A stretch of DNA of 63,633 bases, filler included, from Choristocarpus tenellus KU-1152 (Eukaryota; Protista; Phaeophyceae), in assembly GCA_964200185.2 (NCBI GenBank). It is 11 parts of 11 records of this genome, joined end to end, with 100 filler letters (N's around TTAATTAATTAA, not from the genome) between each part and the next. Parts side by side here need not be neighbours in the genome. Positions count along the whole stretch, not along the records: positions 38,625 to 52,656 come from CAXNAD020001296.1; 10 more parts are not named here. One strand, given 5' to 3'. Positions 39,337 through 51,989 of this stretch are shown here, piece by piece. The notes under the pieces were generated by a model, which did not search any database, was not told where the DNA came from, and worked only from the letters and a program-made list of their open reading frames with translations. The position numbers were made by a program, and so were the translations under genes. How positions within the stretch are numbered: position 1 is the first letter of the stretch; each line of letters opens with the position of its first letter.

Positions 39337-41240
39337 TTACACGCCATCAACAGTGTTTGGAACACGCCTGTGCAGGGGATGACAGCAACAGCAGTGGCGG
39401 CGCTCGAGGCAAGGGTGGGGGGGGGAAAGGAAGCCCTGCTCTGTCTACCAGAAGCAGTACAAGTAGCTTTGTAGAGGTAGTTGAGTGTAATCTTGAGGGG
39501 GGGGGGGAGAGGGATGCAGGGCGAGGGGAGGATGGTACAGTGTATACGGAGTTGATAGGAGAGTATCAGGATCATTCCCAGAACAGGAGTAACGGGACTA
39601 TAGGGGAGATGTCCATGATTAGTTCCATGACCACAAGGGCTAAGTCAAGGTGCAAATAGAGGGAGAAGTGGGAGGGTGTGGGGGAGGGGATGCCGATGAA
39701 TGGATAGATGAAAGCTTTGGTCTGTGAAGCCTGATCAGCTTGAAGGCAGGAGTTGGGTGTTGTAAAGCTTTGAGGGCGGTGGACCTTGTTAGGTGATTTT
39801 TCCTTGAGAGGTATCATCTGGTTGGTATGGTTTTACGAGGGACGGGTAGTTCCAAAAATGTACTGTGCTATCACGTTTTTCTGTTCTGTTTTTTTTTTGC
39901 TCTACTATACAGTGAAGGGTTCCCACTTGTAGTGATGGCATTACTGAGGCGGCACCTAGGGGAAGAGATGACCAAATGCATTGGATGCAATGCTTGGGTG
40001 GAATGGAGCGGTTTTTGTTGGAGGTGAAGGTCAAGGGGTTGAGGGGCTTCGGTAGATTCCTTTGGTATGGTACACGGGTCTCTCTGGTAGTTCTGGTGCT
40101 GCTGCCATGAAGTGCTACCATAATTGTCGCCTACTTCAGACTACTTTGCCACAGATAAGAGTGGTTGAAAGTGTTGTTGCCTATTTGGGATGTGTTGTTT
40201 GGAATGATGAGTAGTGATAATGACGATATGAGAAGACGACACCGGCTCCTTCCCATGTAACAAAGGTATGTTCCTTGATGAGTAGGGGAGGTCTATTGTG
40301 GGGGCTTTTTGATGTGTACTATGAAATAAGAAGCAATCACATCACTGACGTGGGGATTATGTGGGAAGCTTTGCCAAGGCGGGCATGCCCTTGGGGCTGG
40401 CCATGTGTACTACTTCTGTTTGAAGTATTTTTATGTCTTGTGATCTATATGCCGGGCTATGTCAACCAACCCTCGTTCCAAAACTGCGTGGGATTTGTTT
40501 GCTGAGCTTGATGGACTCTCTTCTAGGAGAGCAAGCATCACACCAGAGCGCCCAAGTATATTCTGGTGAAGGAGGAGGTAATTTTGGGCTGATTGTAAAA
40601 CACAAGCGTAGAACACTTCTATAACCTTGATTTGATTATGGTGTTGATTGAGGCTAACCCTAACCCTAACCCTAAGCAACCTTTTTTTTTCGAACGATTT
40701 GTTAATTGTTCCAAGTGCATCACACACGCCTAGTGAGAGAGCAAAGAGTGGAAGCATTAAAGAGTATCTAATGGGAGGGGGGAGAGGTAGTACTTGAAGT
40801 GGTTGGCTCTGTTTTTCCTGTTCCCTGCAAGGTACACGAAGAACTGCATAGGTCAAGAGACAAACCCGGACTGATTGGAAAAGGCAGTGAGTATTGATGA
40901 CTCAAGTTTGACTTGAGTGGGTTGAATGCTTTCAACTTTTTATCCCCTCCACCTAAAGTGGTACTACTCAGAATTTGCTTGTGCACTTATCTATTCCTCA
41001 CGGTATCTACAAAATTTGAATACATCCTTTTCTTTTTCACTGTTGTGTCCTCTACGAGCAATAAAATTACAGTGCAACTCTGTAGCAACTCCTGTGCGGA
41101 AAAGGTTCTGTCTGCGTGTCTGTCAGTGGGCAGGGCTGGCGTTGTGCATTTTACAGGCACTGAATTATGAGCACCCCCTCGTAGGGTGGATGAACATGGA
41201 GTTACGAGAATCACTGGTCAGGTTTTGCACAGAAATCTGA
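39337..41240 (+). CDS. Unknown protein, C-terminal short exons
   Basis: Exons 40527-40577, 40832-40886 and 41134-41240 splice in phase: ESKHHTRAPKYILVKEE|VHEELHRSRDKPGLIGKG|RLALCILQALNYEHPLVGWMNMELRESLVRFCTEI*. A probable upstream exon is 39337-39408/39414 (LHAINSVWNTPVQGMTATAVAALE). Confidence 0.55.
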
Positions 41241-42567
41241 TGTCTTCTGTGGGTACCAGATTTGTATGAGGCAAGCACCGACTTATCAGTGATGGAAAAG
41301 CCAGTTTGGATTCATCACCATCAAGATTAATCTCCAAAAGATAAATTACCAAAAATATTGTTACGGTGAGCACTAGAGGAAGGAAACGTCACAGAAGCCT
41401 AACTCAGTAAGTGCGTTGTAGGTGGGAGACATTTTGAGAGGGGAAAAGATCTCACTTGTGCAGACTGTGGGACAGGGTTTAGAAGGCATTTGAAAGACAA
41501 CAAAAGAAAAAGTAAGTCGGTTTGGCACAGTAGTTTCACTGGGGCACTGGCTTCACATGGCAACCCACATTTTTACCCAGTGCAACTGGAGTCCTTTGAA
41601 GTAAAATATAAAGTGGGGTAAAGGTATCCACAATTCCATCAGATTTGATCTTGACCTACGTCTGGCTGACGCCTAGGAAGAGGAGCAAGCTCTTACACCG
41701 ACAAAGACATTCGAGGACATAATGTAGAAGTATTGTGCTTCTTGTGGAGTTTATTGAGCGTAAACATGATGTGGTTGATAGATACAAGGGCTTAACACTG
41801 CATTTGTGATAGTACTGCTACTGCCTGCACACACTGTGTGAAACAAGGCACTGAGATGCTTGCATACAACTTATCGGACACTGCAACTAGCGTGTACAAT
41901 TTGAAAGGGAAGACTCTAATGAGCGCCAACTGTGGTATGTACTTCAAAATACTACCTCTCCAGAAGACTCCAGAGCTATCCTGCTGTGTCCAGTAGTCAT
42001 TTACCATTGAAGGATCAAAATAATTGAAGGTTATGGATATAGGGTCAATGTATCTCATGGTAACAAATGTGGAACACGTCATTTTTGATCGTACTGCCTA
42101 CGCGTCAGCCCAAATAAAAATACAAAAAAACAAGAGTATCGGCATGTCAGTCCAGTCTGAGACCGCATTTAGTCTGAAGCACACGCCCCCAACAACAGTG
42201 CTGCACTAAGTTAATCTGAGGCACAGTGTAAAACATTACGGTCAGCTTCAGAATGATCCAGGAAGTTTCTCCAACGACTATTGTGCTTGCAACAAGGGTG
42301 CACTAGATCGGCAAAGGCAAAATCTGGTTCCTCCTAAGCCCCTGCGGACTTGTGCTCAGTAGTGTGACTGTCAACTGATTAATGTCGAACTTCAATCTCA
42401 GTGCTTTCATAAACTTGCATCTGAGCAACACTTTCACTCATGGAGTGACTCCAGATGTCGAAAAATGCATGTAACACATCGAAATGTAAGTTTGCAGAAG
42501 TTACACCAACGTGCTGTGTGTATCAAGGAGAATCACCTGCCATTCTGTGAACTACCCTCCCTCACTA

Positions 42568-44232
42568 TTACCCTACCTCTCCACACCTAGCCACAAGAAT
42601 ATTAGATACAGGCCTTCCCTTTGTGCTGAACATCCCATACAACGCTTTGACCACATTCATTCCAGATGAAACTCGACCGAAGGCGACAGATCGACCATCC
42701 AAATGACCCGCTGGCTCTACGGTAATGAAGAACTGTGAGCCGTTTCTGTGCACGCCGGAATTGGCCATGGTTAACAATCCCGACGTGCTGTTTCAAAGAA
42801 ACCATCAGAACAAAAAAATGGAGAGGTCAGGGTTAGGGTTATGAAGTGCAAGGAGGAAAAGAATGGATGAGACTTAGTTCAGACTTGCTTTGGCAATCCA
42901 GCAAGGGTCAAAGTATCTGGGGGGGGGTGGCGGCTGGTCACTTGGGGCCAATTTTTTCATGTCTCAATTTTGGGTGATTTGGTTACGTACGTTGGATGGA
43001 TAATGAAAGTGCACTTTTCCTGGTTTTGGTCCAAATGGACACTCTGTTGTAGACCCCCCCCCCCCCCCCCCCCCACAGATACTTTGGGTCACAACTGCTA
43101 GGGTCACTGAGTCACTTCTATTCAAAAGTTCACTCAAGTTACGAAAGATGCGTGTGGAGTAACACCTGGTGACATTAACACAGCACGGCTGCTCCTGTGG
43201 TGAAGAAGTGACAAGATATTGTAGGGTGCTGTGAAACAAGATACTTGAGTATGGACCATACACACTTCCACTTACGGTTATGCATTGCCAATCGACAACT
43301 ATCTTTGCAAGAGGAGACCCACAATACCTCAAAGTAGCTGTTATATTAGGGCATCTCTACTGACGAGATCAATTTGCAGATCAACGCGGCCATCTACCAC
43401 AGTGATGTTCTTGCATGTACCGACGCCACTATGGAGTGAAGACAACGGTTAAGCTGTAGCAAATTTAAGCTTTCACAAACCTGTGCGGGATAAGGAACGC
43501 CTCGTCAGGAAAGTAGCGTGCTTGGAAGGAGGAGTGGCTCCAGCCACCATTCTTGTGCTCCACGTCCCCCCCCATGATCCCCATGCCCTTTGTTATGTGA
43601 TGTATCTGTGAATTGAACATGACCATTGTGCATGGATCAATTTGTAAGAGGTTAATCTAATAGGCACGATTGACTTAAATATCGAGATGTTTCGGACACG
43701 CTTGCTACCCGGGCAGCAGCAAGTTCTTCCTCATACCTCGCGGTGTACAAACGAAGTATCAGGGTGGGATTGTCAAGGGTGGTATTCTGGTGCCCATACT
43801 CACCTTGGTTCCCGCGTAGCATAACTTTCCGCCCTCTACTTTTTCCACCATTCCATCATAGGGGAGATTATCCGGACCGTACGTAGGCAGAGGAACTCCA
43901 TGGCACAGCCGAAGAAAATTTTCGCATGTGACTGGCAGCACATCCGAGGCCAGCTCGAACTCCACCCGCCCCGCATCTACTCCATCCACGCTCATCTCGA
44001 AGAACGCTTTCTTCCTTTGCCTCCTTCTTCCCTCACTCATCCCCTCCTTATCACTTTCCCTTCCATCAGCATCAACGTCCCAGTCGAACGGGGTTGGCGG
44101 TGCTGCCTTTAGGAATGCTGCTGGCCCCAACTTTATGTAGCGCTGATACCAGCCCAGTCCCTTTGACCCGCGGGTACCCCTAACCATTCGGAGGGAACCT
44201 TTTGCTAAGGGTCCTGACCTAAGGGCCTGCAT
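42568..44232 (-). CDS. Cyclophilin-type PPIase-like protein with a mitochondrial-presequence-like N-terminus (257 aa, 3 exons)
   Basis: Exons 43804-44232, 43481-43605 and 42568-42787 total 774 nt in frame. Motifs: AFFEMSVDGVDAGRVEFEL..PVTCENFLRLC, GLLTMANSG..NGSQFFIT, HLDGRSVAFGRV. Confidence 0.92.
42905..43090. mobile_element. MITE family C in cyclophilin intron 2
   Basis: GGGTCAAAGTATCTGGGG ... CCCACAGATACTTTGGGTC with flanks GCAA/ACAA. Confidence 0.8.
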
Positions 44233-44936
44233 GACTGTGTACTACTGAGGGGAATAGCCAAGGCAAGGTGTAAAGGTTAATTCATGGGGTTTGGGTCAAT
44301 AATTGGACATGACTCTACAACTACTAATATAATAGTGTAAATGGACATAATGGTTATAAGATTTTCGTAGAACAACGTATGACTACTACGTTGTACTAAC
44401 AACGCTTACCTGACCCAGAACCACAATGACAACGCTTCAATTTCAACCTACCTCACCCCCTCACTACTATCATACCTAACACCCATTATTTTCATACAAC
44501 TAGGGAAGTTACCCATCTATATTCCTATCATCACCCAACAAAGGTATATACTACCCATGCACCGGAACATTAATAATGTAGAAGAGTAACCTTTCTGCGA
44601 ATTATTGTGGATCCTATCCAAATGATGATAGCTGCAGAACTGGATGTAAGTGGAATGGTCACATCTTTCTCCATTTGGGATCAAGGGTTGTGGTTGCGCC
44701 CCCTGTATATATGTGAGTGTTCAGCATGATCATTTCCACCTCTTTGTGAGTACAAAGTTGTATCAATATACAAAATGCATATTTAAGAACTACAAGAGTT
44801 TACATAATCAGTTGTACGGAACCCGTACAACTAACTACGAATTGGAGACACCCATCTATGCAAATTATAGGCAAGATCATGGCCGCATAGTAGGCTGGGG
44901 GGAATGAACAGTAGACCGACTGCCATACATAATACA

Positions 44937-46340
44937 TGCAAGGAATCGAAGGAAGATAAGGAAGGCCTCCTTGTGATTGCATTTACTCCTTCCTCCAGAA
45001 CTCTCCTCTGGTACCTCAAGCACACATTTCAGTCCCTCCGACTATCTGTGACCATGAAGGGAAAGAGGTTATTGTTATTGTATAGGCCTTATCGTCTTGT
45101 CGACATGTTGATAATATGCATATTCGTGCGGACAATGGGTCTCACTACAATCTCTTTTTCCAAGAATCCTATCGGTTACCAATATAATATACAGAGTCAA
45201 ACCAATTGAGAGGTTGGCAGGTTTGGACCCCTTTACATTCTAAGCCTTCCTTTTTGTCCTGTGCAATACAATCAATCTACTTCATTACTTAATGTGCACC
45301 ATAGTCTACGCAAAATTGATATTCCCTCTTCTACACACAAGGTAACAACCACAATTTAGCGAAAATTCTTTTGGAATTTTACACAATGGTGTATTTTCAC
45401 CGTTCTCGGGATCCTTGAAATGCAACCCTACCTACATGGTTGGCTTCACTCACTCTGAACTATTTGGTGAAGCAGCTTTGACCCTTTTTTTTGTCTCGAA
45501 AGGGCAAGTCCCGTTAATAGTTAGATGATGATTTGCTATTATTCTTATATTGTCATCCATGCTAAAGAAAACAAAGGACTCAGCAGGTATTATCATTGGG
45601 GTATCCCTCGCACCAAAAACAGAAACCAATAGTGCAGTAAGTGTTATTTTGGTTCCACAGTAAAATAAAATATATCGGTCGCTCTGGCTAATCCTCACCA
45701 ACTTATGAACTCACATATATATAATGTCTCCAGTGTGAAGTTAGTCATGTGTAGGACCTGACCAAAATAAGGGTCGTTGTCAAAGGTAGACTTTTTAATC
45801 CCTCCAATCCTTATGATAGACAGGTGGGCACATCAATTCGTATATTACTTCATGTGGTGGCGATGCTAAGACAGAATGCTTGCCTCCAGTTGTGCTTGAA
45901 TGCTGAAATTCGGAGGAGGAGGAGAGAGCCACTTTGTGTGTAGAAAGGGGGAATATTAATTTGCGTACACTATGGTGCACATTACGTATTGAAGCAGAGT
46001 GTATTGAACGAGATAGAAAAGATGACTGAGAATGCAAAATTCTCCCTCTCAATTGGTTTGTCACAGTACTCCATATATTAATAGATTATGTTTGTAAGCA
46101 ATATATGGGACTCTTGGAAAAAGAGTTTGTTGTGAGACCGATTGTCCGCACGAACATGTACATTATCAACATGTCGACAAGACGATAAGGCCTATACAAT
46201 AACAATAACCTCTTTCCCTTTATGGCCACAGATAGTCGGAGCGACTGCAAGGTGTACTTGAGGTACTAGAGGAGAGTTCTGGAGAAAGGAGTAGACACAA
46301 TCGTGAGGAGGTCCTCCTTATCCCCCTTCGGTGCATTGCC
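44937..46340. repeat. ~400-bp inverted repeat pair (family E copies) around a ~590-bp spacer
   Basis: 44937-45345 is the reverse complement of 45930-46340, including a long near-identical core GGGAAAGAGGTTATTGTTATTGTATAGGCCTTATCGTCTTGTCGACATGTTGATAAT. Confidence 0.85.
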
Positions 46341-47543
46341 TACCCATTGCGACTGTTTGCCTCACATGTTGCTCGAGGTTTTTTTTTTCCTTCTTCATCA
46401 ATGAATGACTACATCTATCATAGTATCATCATGGGCATAGGAAAATATATTTTGAAGTGTATGCTCTGTTCATATATACGCGTGTACAAGTCAACACGAA
46501 CGACCAGCAGACCTTTTCGGCGCCCACGCTCTCAGGGAGCAATCAAAGGTGCTTATAACTTCTTGGGCAGGTATTATTTGAATTAATGGTGCGTGAGATT
46601 TCGCCATACATATGCGGGTACTATTAAACATATATGTGGGTAAATGCAGATAAATAGTATTGGCAGTTTGTCACTCCCCTGCAACATGTCAGTGTGAACT
46701 CTGGGAGGTGTATGGTAAATGAGTCGTCGCATCAGAGGGGAAAAAAAGTTCTCAAGATTGGGGGAAAAACAGGTACAGAGTGACAAAAAATCTATCCTAT
46801 GTTAGAGGGGGGGTACAAATAATGAGTAATTGGGTCTGCTATTGTAACTGCCTACTCGTTCATTATTTGCTTCTAGCAGTCTGAAGGGCGATTTGGAGCT
46901 TATTATCCACTACAACTAAATGCGGAATGCCGTCAAATACACCAACAGCACCAACCAGCAATGTTTCAACTACTCACACAAGGACAGGTAACACATCCAC
47001 TCACCAGAGTAGACTGCAAAACTGCACTTTACCCAAGGATATCTTTTGAGCACGATTTCAACTGGATTTTCAATATAAAATTCAACATAGGGAAAAACCT
47101 ATTATTACCCAACTAATCAGAGACCCCACCACATAAAGATGCGTTGTTCATTGTTAGTCCCTCCAGAACTCATTATCGTCACTATCTGATTCGAAGCAAC
47201 GCCGCCGACCCTTCAACTTCAATCTACATCTCCTCACCTCATTTCCTACGAACATGTACCTTTCATAACAAGGGAGGCTTAACCCACGATTTTGCCATGA
47301 TTTTGATATCCCATCGAACTAAACACAGAAACCCAATGTGGTTACCCGTTTCTCATTTTCTCTGTTGGTTAGATATCACTGCAGGTATACCTGCTTTTGT
47401 CCACCACCCATCCAAACCTTTCGGTTACACGTGCCGGTTACTTCCATGTTATTATTGGATGTTTGATCACTTCTTGACGAGTGGCGTGTCGGTAAAATTT
47501 CAAGTCCACCCACACAAAACTTATTCAAGTTTCCCTAGGAGCA

Positions 47544-50500
47544 ATGGGGCAAAAGGTTGGCAAGGCCAGCTTCGAAGAGGTTACCAAACCCTTCCTCAAT
47601 CGTGAGTTCACCAAATTCCAATACAAAAGTCTGCCTCAACCGTAGACAAGGTTCACACATAACTATGATCTTGCTTGAGCAATCATTTTCGACTTTTAGA
47701 TTTTCATTCGTGCTATTGTTCCCCTCGTCAAACCTTCTGGTAACTATAGAAATTAATATCTCTTAAGAAGACCCTTTATCGATCCCATCGTTATTTACCA
47801 ATAGTCCCAGGTGATGCTGTCAGGGCTGTGTGGCAAGAGTTCAATCTATGTGCTGATGGCTGGGGACTAGATGCCGACTTCTTCACTCAGCTGTGCAGAG
47901 CTATTACCAAGTCACTTGGAACGGAGCCAAATGACCAGGCGGCAGCAGCTCTTTTTAAAATCCTGGATACCGATCAGGTTAGAGCCCTTATGAGATTGAG
48001 GAGGCTTGACCGTAATCCACTTTCTATACCACGCCATCAAGAAGCCAGCGCATCGATTCGAGTCTTAATGTTGCACGTTCAGAATATCGTTTGTTCGGTT
48101 CCCTTATCGTCCTGAGGAAATATTTGTGAGGTGCTACTGACCAACCCTTTCTCTATCCCCTCTTAAGAACGGCATGGTGGACGGCCTAGAGTTCATTTCT
48201 TCCATCGGTCTTCTGTCGGGAATGACTGCGATGGAAAAGGTGATACTCTATCACCATCAATTTTTCGCAAATTAATTAGTACTGAAAAATATAGAACTCT
48301 CATCAGCTCAATAGGATCTCTCTGAGAACATCAATGTGGAAATACGTGGCTATGGATACAAGGATAACGAAAGTAGTGCCCCATAATTGGGTGGCACTCA
48401 GTAGAGTGAGGCGGGTGTTCTCCACCAAATATATACAACTTACGCCGAAAAGATCTGACCCACCTTATCCCTTGGTTCCCCATTTAGCAGATGGACAGCC
48501 TGTACGTCATTTGATATCCAAACATAACCACGACTACCTTGCCCAAATGATAAAAACTGCAGGTGGCATTTGTGTTCACATGCTATGACCTTGGAGAACG
48601 ATCCAAGCTCTCTATAGAAGAGCTGTTCCTCCTTTTGAAGAGCTGTTTCACTGGTCTTTGCAAACTGAGCAGCATTACTGCGCCAGATGAGACTCAATTT
48701 GAGACTGTCGCCCAGCTGGTATGTACATTGCAAGGGCTTGGTAACTATTGCTCATTGTGACCCATGATTGCTACAGACACAATTTTCAAGGGGTGGGTCC
48801 TTGTGGCTCAATGTATAGCAGTCCATGCTTGCTGGGCTGACGTGCAGTTTGGCTCTCCTTCCAGAGTAGTGATCAATGCTCCCAACCTGAGACCTGAGCT
48901 AAGACAAGGGCTTAATTTGTCTCTTTCCAAAGAGATATTTCTCAATACTGGAGTAGCACATGCAGCATACTCACTTTGTACATCATGCATGGAACACATA
49001 GGTGTATTGGAGACAATGATTGAATTTTAGCTGCAGAGTCAAAGTATCTTAGAGGGTAGAGCCACGTCCATTTGGGGACCAAAATCCAATGTTGCCATTT
49101 TGATGTAATTTTGACTATTGCGTTTGTTTGGAAGTGCCAATATCCTTGTTCCAGATATATACATGATACCTATTCCAAAACGTACACATTTTGCCTACTC
49201 CGAAACACTTCGGAATGGGAAAATGTCATTAAGGAAACCTTGGGAAGCCAAGCCCCAAACGGACAAACAGGTATAAATCCGTACCCTAACCCTAACATAC
49301 TTTCACTCTGCATGCGGACTGCATAGGCCCTTCAGGCTCAACTTCATTAGAAAAACTACTTTTGTTCCTGTGAACACAATTTACCCCCACCCAACAACTT
49401 GAAAAAAATTGAAAGGTTTTCAAACAAGGTGATAAAGAAGGCAGCACGGATCCAGAGAATGGTGTGTCACTCGGTGACCTGTCCAACTATTGTGAAATCA
49501 ATCCCGTGGCAAGCAGTTGGCTGGCCTTTTATGATGACTGTGAGACCAAGGTATGCTCACTGCATCTACATCGGTTCCTGAGAGCCGCCGTTCTTGTAAA
49601 AACATTAGTGTGAACATCTTTCAAACTGCTTAGAAAAAAAACACGATCCAGAAGTGTGGGTATTCCTAACACAACATCCATAACATTCATAACTTACATA
49701 ACATTCATAACATTCAAGATGGACATGCGATTGTAATGGTTAAGGTATCAATAAGGACATGGAGTAGGAGCCTCTCTCTTATTATTAGTCCCCAGGCGAC
49801 ATATTGCTACGAAGTGGTAGTAAGTACAGGTGCAATTCGAAATTGATGTGCACATAATTGAAGCCCTTAGACAAGAGGCAACTGGCATAGAAATCATAGC
49901 TATATGGAAACGTTTTTGCTTGGGTTAAGTGATTGAGGTGCTGTAGCAAATGAGTCAAAACAACCGAGAAGAACCCAGCGTTTGTTCGTTTTGCATTTTA
50001 CATCAGTTTTTTTCAATCTTTTGCAATTCATCCACACTTCTATGGGTGAAATGCTGAGTTTGACTCAAGGGGCGTTGATTTTTCTATTGCTTGAAACTTT
50101 CCAACAGGATTTTAGAAAATCTCTAATGTCCCATCTGTAGAAAAAGTCGAATTTGTTTTACACACCTCTGCCAGCATCCTTTAAAATGCAACTCTGGGCG
50201 CCTCCTGTTTACTTTGACTCGAAATCTTCCTAGTAAGAAAATAATGGCAGCCCCAATAAATAAATAAAAACTTGCAAGTGTAAGAAAAAAAAACTGATGC
50301 ATTTTACCGTTCACTTGCCTTCTACCCCTATACTCCAGAGTATAATAGCAGTAGGGGTATTTTTTTTAGCTTAGGGTTAGGGTTGCACTTCAAGGTATAA
50401 ATATGAATGGCCACCTGGAGAAAGTACTGTGAAGTTTCTTTACTACCTATGGACAAGGAAACATGGTGATGAAATCATTCAAGTGATACGTTTGGGTCTT

Positions 50501-50915
50501 TCAGTGTGCAAGTACTTCATCGTACCTACCCATGTCATGTGTTGCTCATGTGTTCAGAGAGGAAAACAGAATGATGGCAAGTCCTATTGCCCAGTCCAAC
50601 TATCTCACCTGCTCAACATCTCAGCATCGCTGCTGCAGGCACTGCCTTGATTCTTACATCACCTCTGCCACACAGGAAACAGTTCAAGCAGGTAGAAACA
50701 GTCCAGAAACTGGTCTCACGGTCCTCTCGGCATCACCGGATGTGGCTCATGAAGAGACCTTCTTTAGCACGCGTTCAAAAGATCAGGAAGGCGTAAATAT
50801 CGGTGAAGAAACCCCTGTCGGGTGGGATCGAACCTGTGTAAGGCTTGCCACTTCAACAGAAGCTCCCTGGGTGGAAGCAGCAAAGGCCTTAGTTCCTCCA
50901 AAGCCCGCTCCAGAG
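47544..50915 (+). CDS. N-myristoylated EF-hand protein, probably the N-terminus of an EML/EMAP-like HELP-WD40 microtubule-associated protein (partial)
   Basis: In-phase exons 47544-47601, 47805-47977, 48168-48239, 48563-48718, 49416-49550 and 50676-50915. Product: MGQKVGKASFEEVTKPFLNLP..LFKILDTDQNGMVDGLEFIS..KVAFVFTCYDLGERSKLSIEEL..TGLCKLS..YCEINPVASSWLAFYDD..APWVEAAKALVP. The EF-hand is seen directly; the EML link is inferred. Confidence 0.82.
49036..49308. mobile_element. MITE family A (intronic)
   Basis: Full TIRs with a TGCA/TGCA duplication; the right TIR contains CCCTAACCCTAAC. Confidence 0.85.
49952..50220. mobile_element. MITE family B (intronic, inverted)
   Basis: GAGTCAAAACAACCGAGAAG ... 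CTCCTGTTTACTTTGACTC. Confidence 0.75.
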
Positions 50916-51989
50916 GTGCAAAGCCCATTTTTGTTTTCATTCTGGCATGGAATAGGGTATGGGGTAGGGGCAAGTCACCCTTAGTCTCATGAGGAGTAGG
51001 TAAAGCGTAACTTTTTTCAAGGGTGTGAGTAGGTAGGGGAGGCTACAGGGTGAGAGTGTCCCACTGACTCCAGGTGAGCATCATTTTTTTAATATATTTG
51101 ATCAACAGTACAAGTCTAGAAAAATAAAACCTTTTCATATGATTTCCCCCATCCCTTGTGTATGTCACTATTGCCAATCTTCCTATTATTGCTGATAATC
51201 ATTGTTGTTGGCATGACTCTGTCTGGGTTGAAGTTGGAGGTAACCATATAGGCATGGAATTCATGCCGAAAATGTAAGGACTTGGGTTATAAGAGTTGCT
51301 GTAGCACTTGAGGTTAGGGGGAAGAGATACTGTTATGATGGGGCTTCTCCAAACAGAGATAGGAGGGGATAATATACGCACTTAGGCTGCAAAAGTATGC
51401 ACATTAAATACCCTCTATTCATCCTCATCTTTGTTCCTCCAAGCATGTCACAAACAGGGCGCCTTCTTGATTGACCCCCGCAATGGAGGGTTCAAGTTGA
51501 GGTTTCAGGTTCAAAGCGTCAAAGCCCTCACCCCCACCGCTGCTGGTAGCAAGAAATGGAATTTGCTACGTGTACTTGATACGCTTTTATATAGAAAAAT
51601 CAAGAAATTGTTAACCAATTACATGTATGCTGAGGTTGAAGGGGTACGTGTATGTATCGTGCATGGGGTGATGATCGCTTTGTTGATTTGACCTGTTGAC
51701 TGTTCTGTTTGCACAATTGGTTTTTTCATACCCACACACCTCAATGTTGGCATTGCCACTATAATTTCTCACATGATTAATTGGCACCGGGTCAAATCGA
51801 GAACCAGAGCTTCAGGTTGATTAATTTTTTGTTTGTTTGTTTTGCCTTTGAAACATAGTAACTGTATCTAGTTAAAAACGTTTTCGTTTACAGACAAGCA
51901 AAAACTCCCAGTATGCCGACGAGGGAGGGTTGAGCCTTTTTTCTTTTTAATGTAGTTTGCGAATGGTGACACAAGGGATTTCATTGACA

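Noticed and set aside
41280-42500. Decayed coding-like stretch between converging genes
   Set aside because: Many stops in all frames and no motif I could assign.
45060-45150. Reverse-transcriptase YxDD-like motif (RHVDNM; also RLIDDM near 2620)
   Set aside because: Flanking RT motifs are absent, and the opposite strand fits a transposase relic at least as well.
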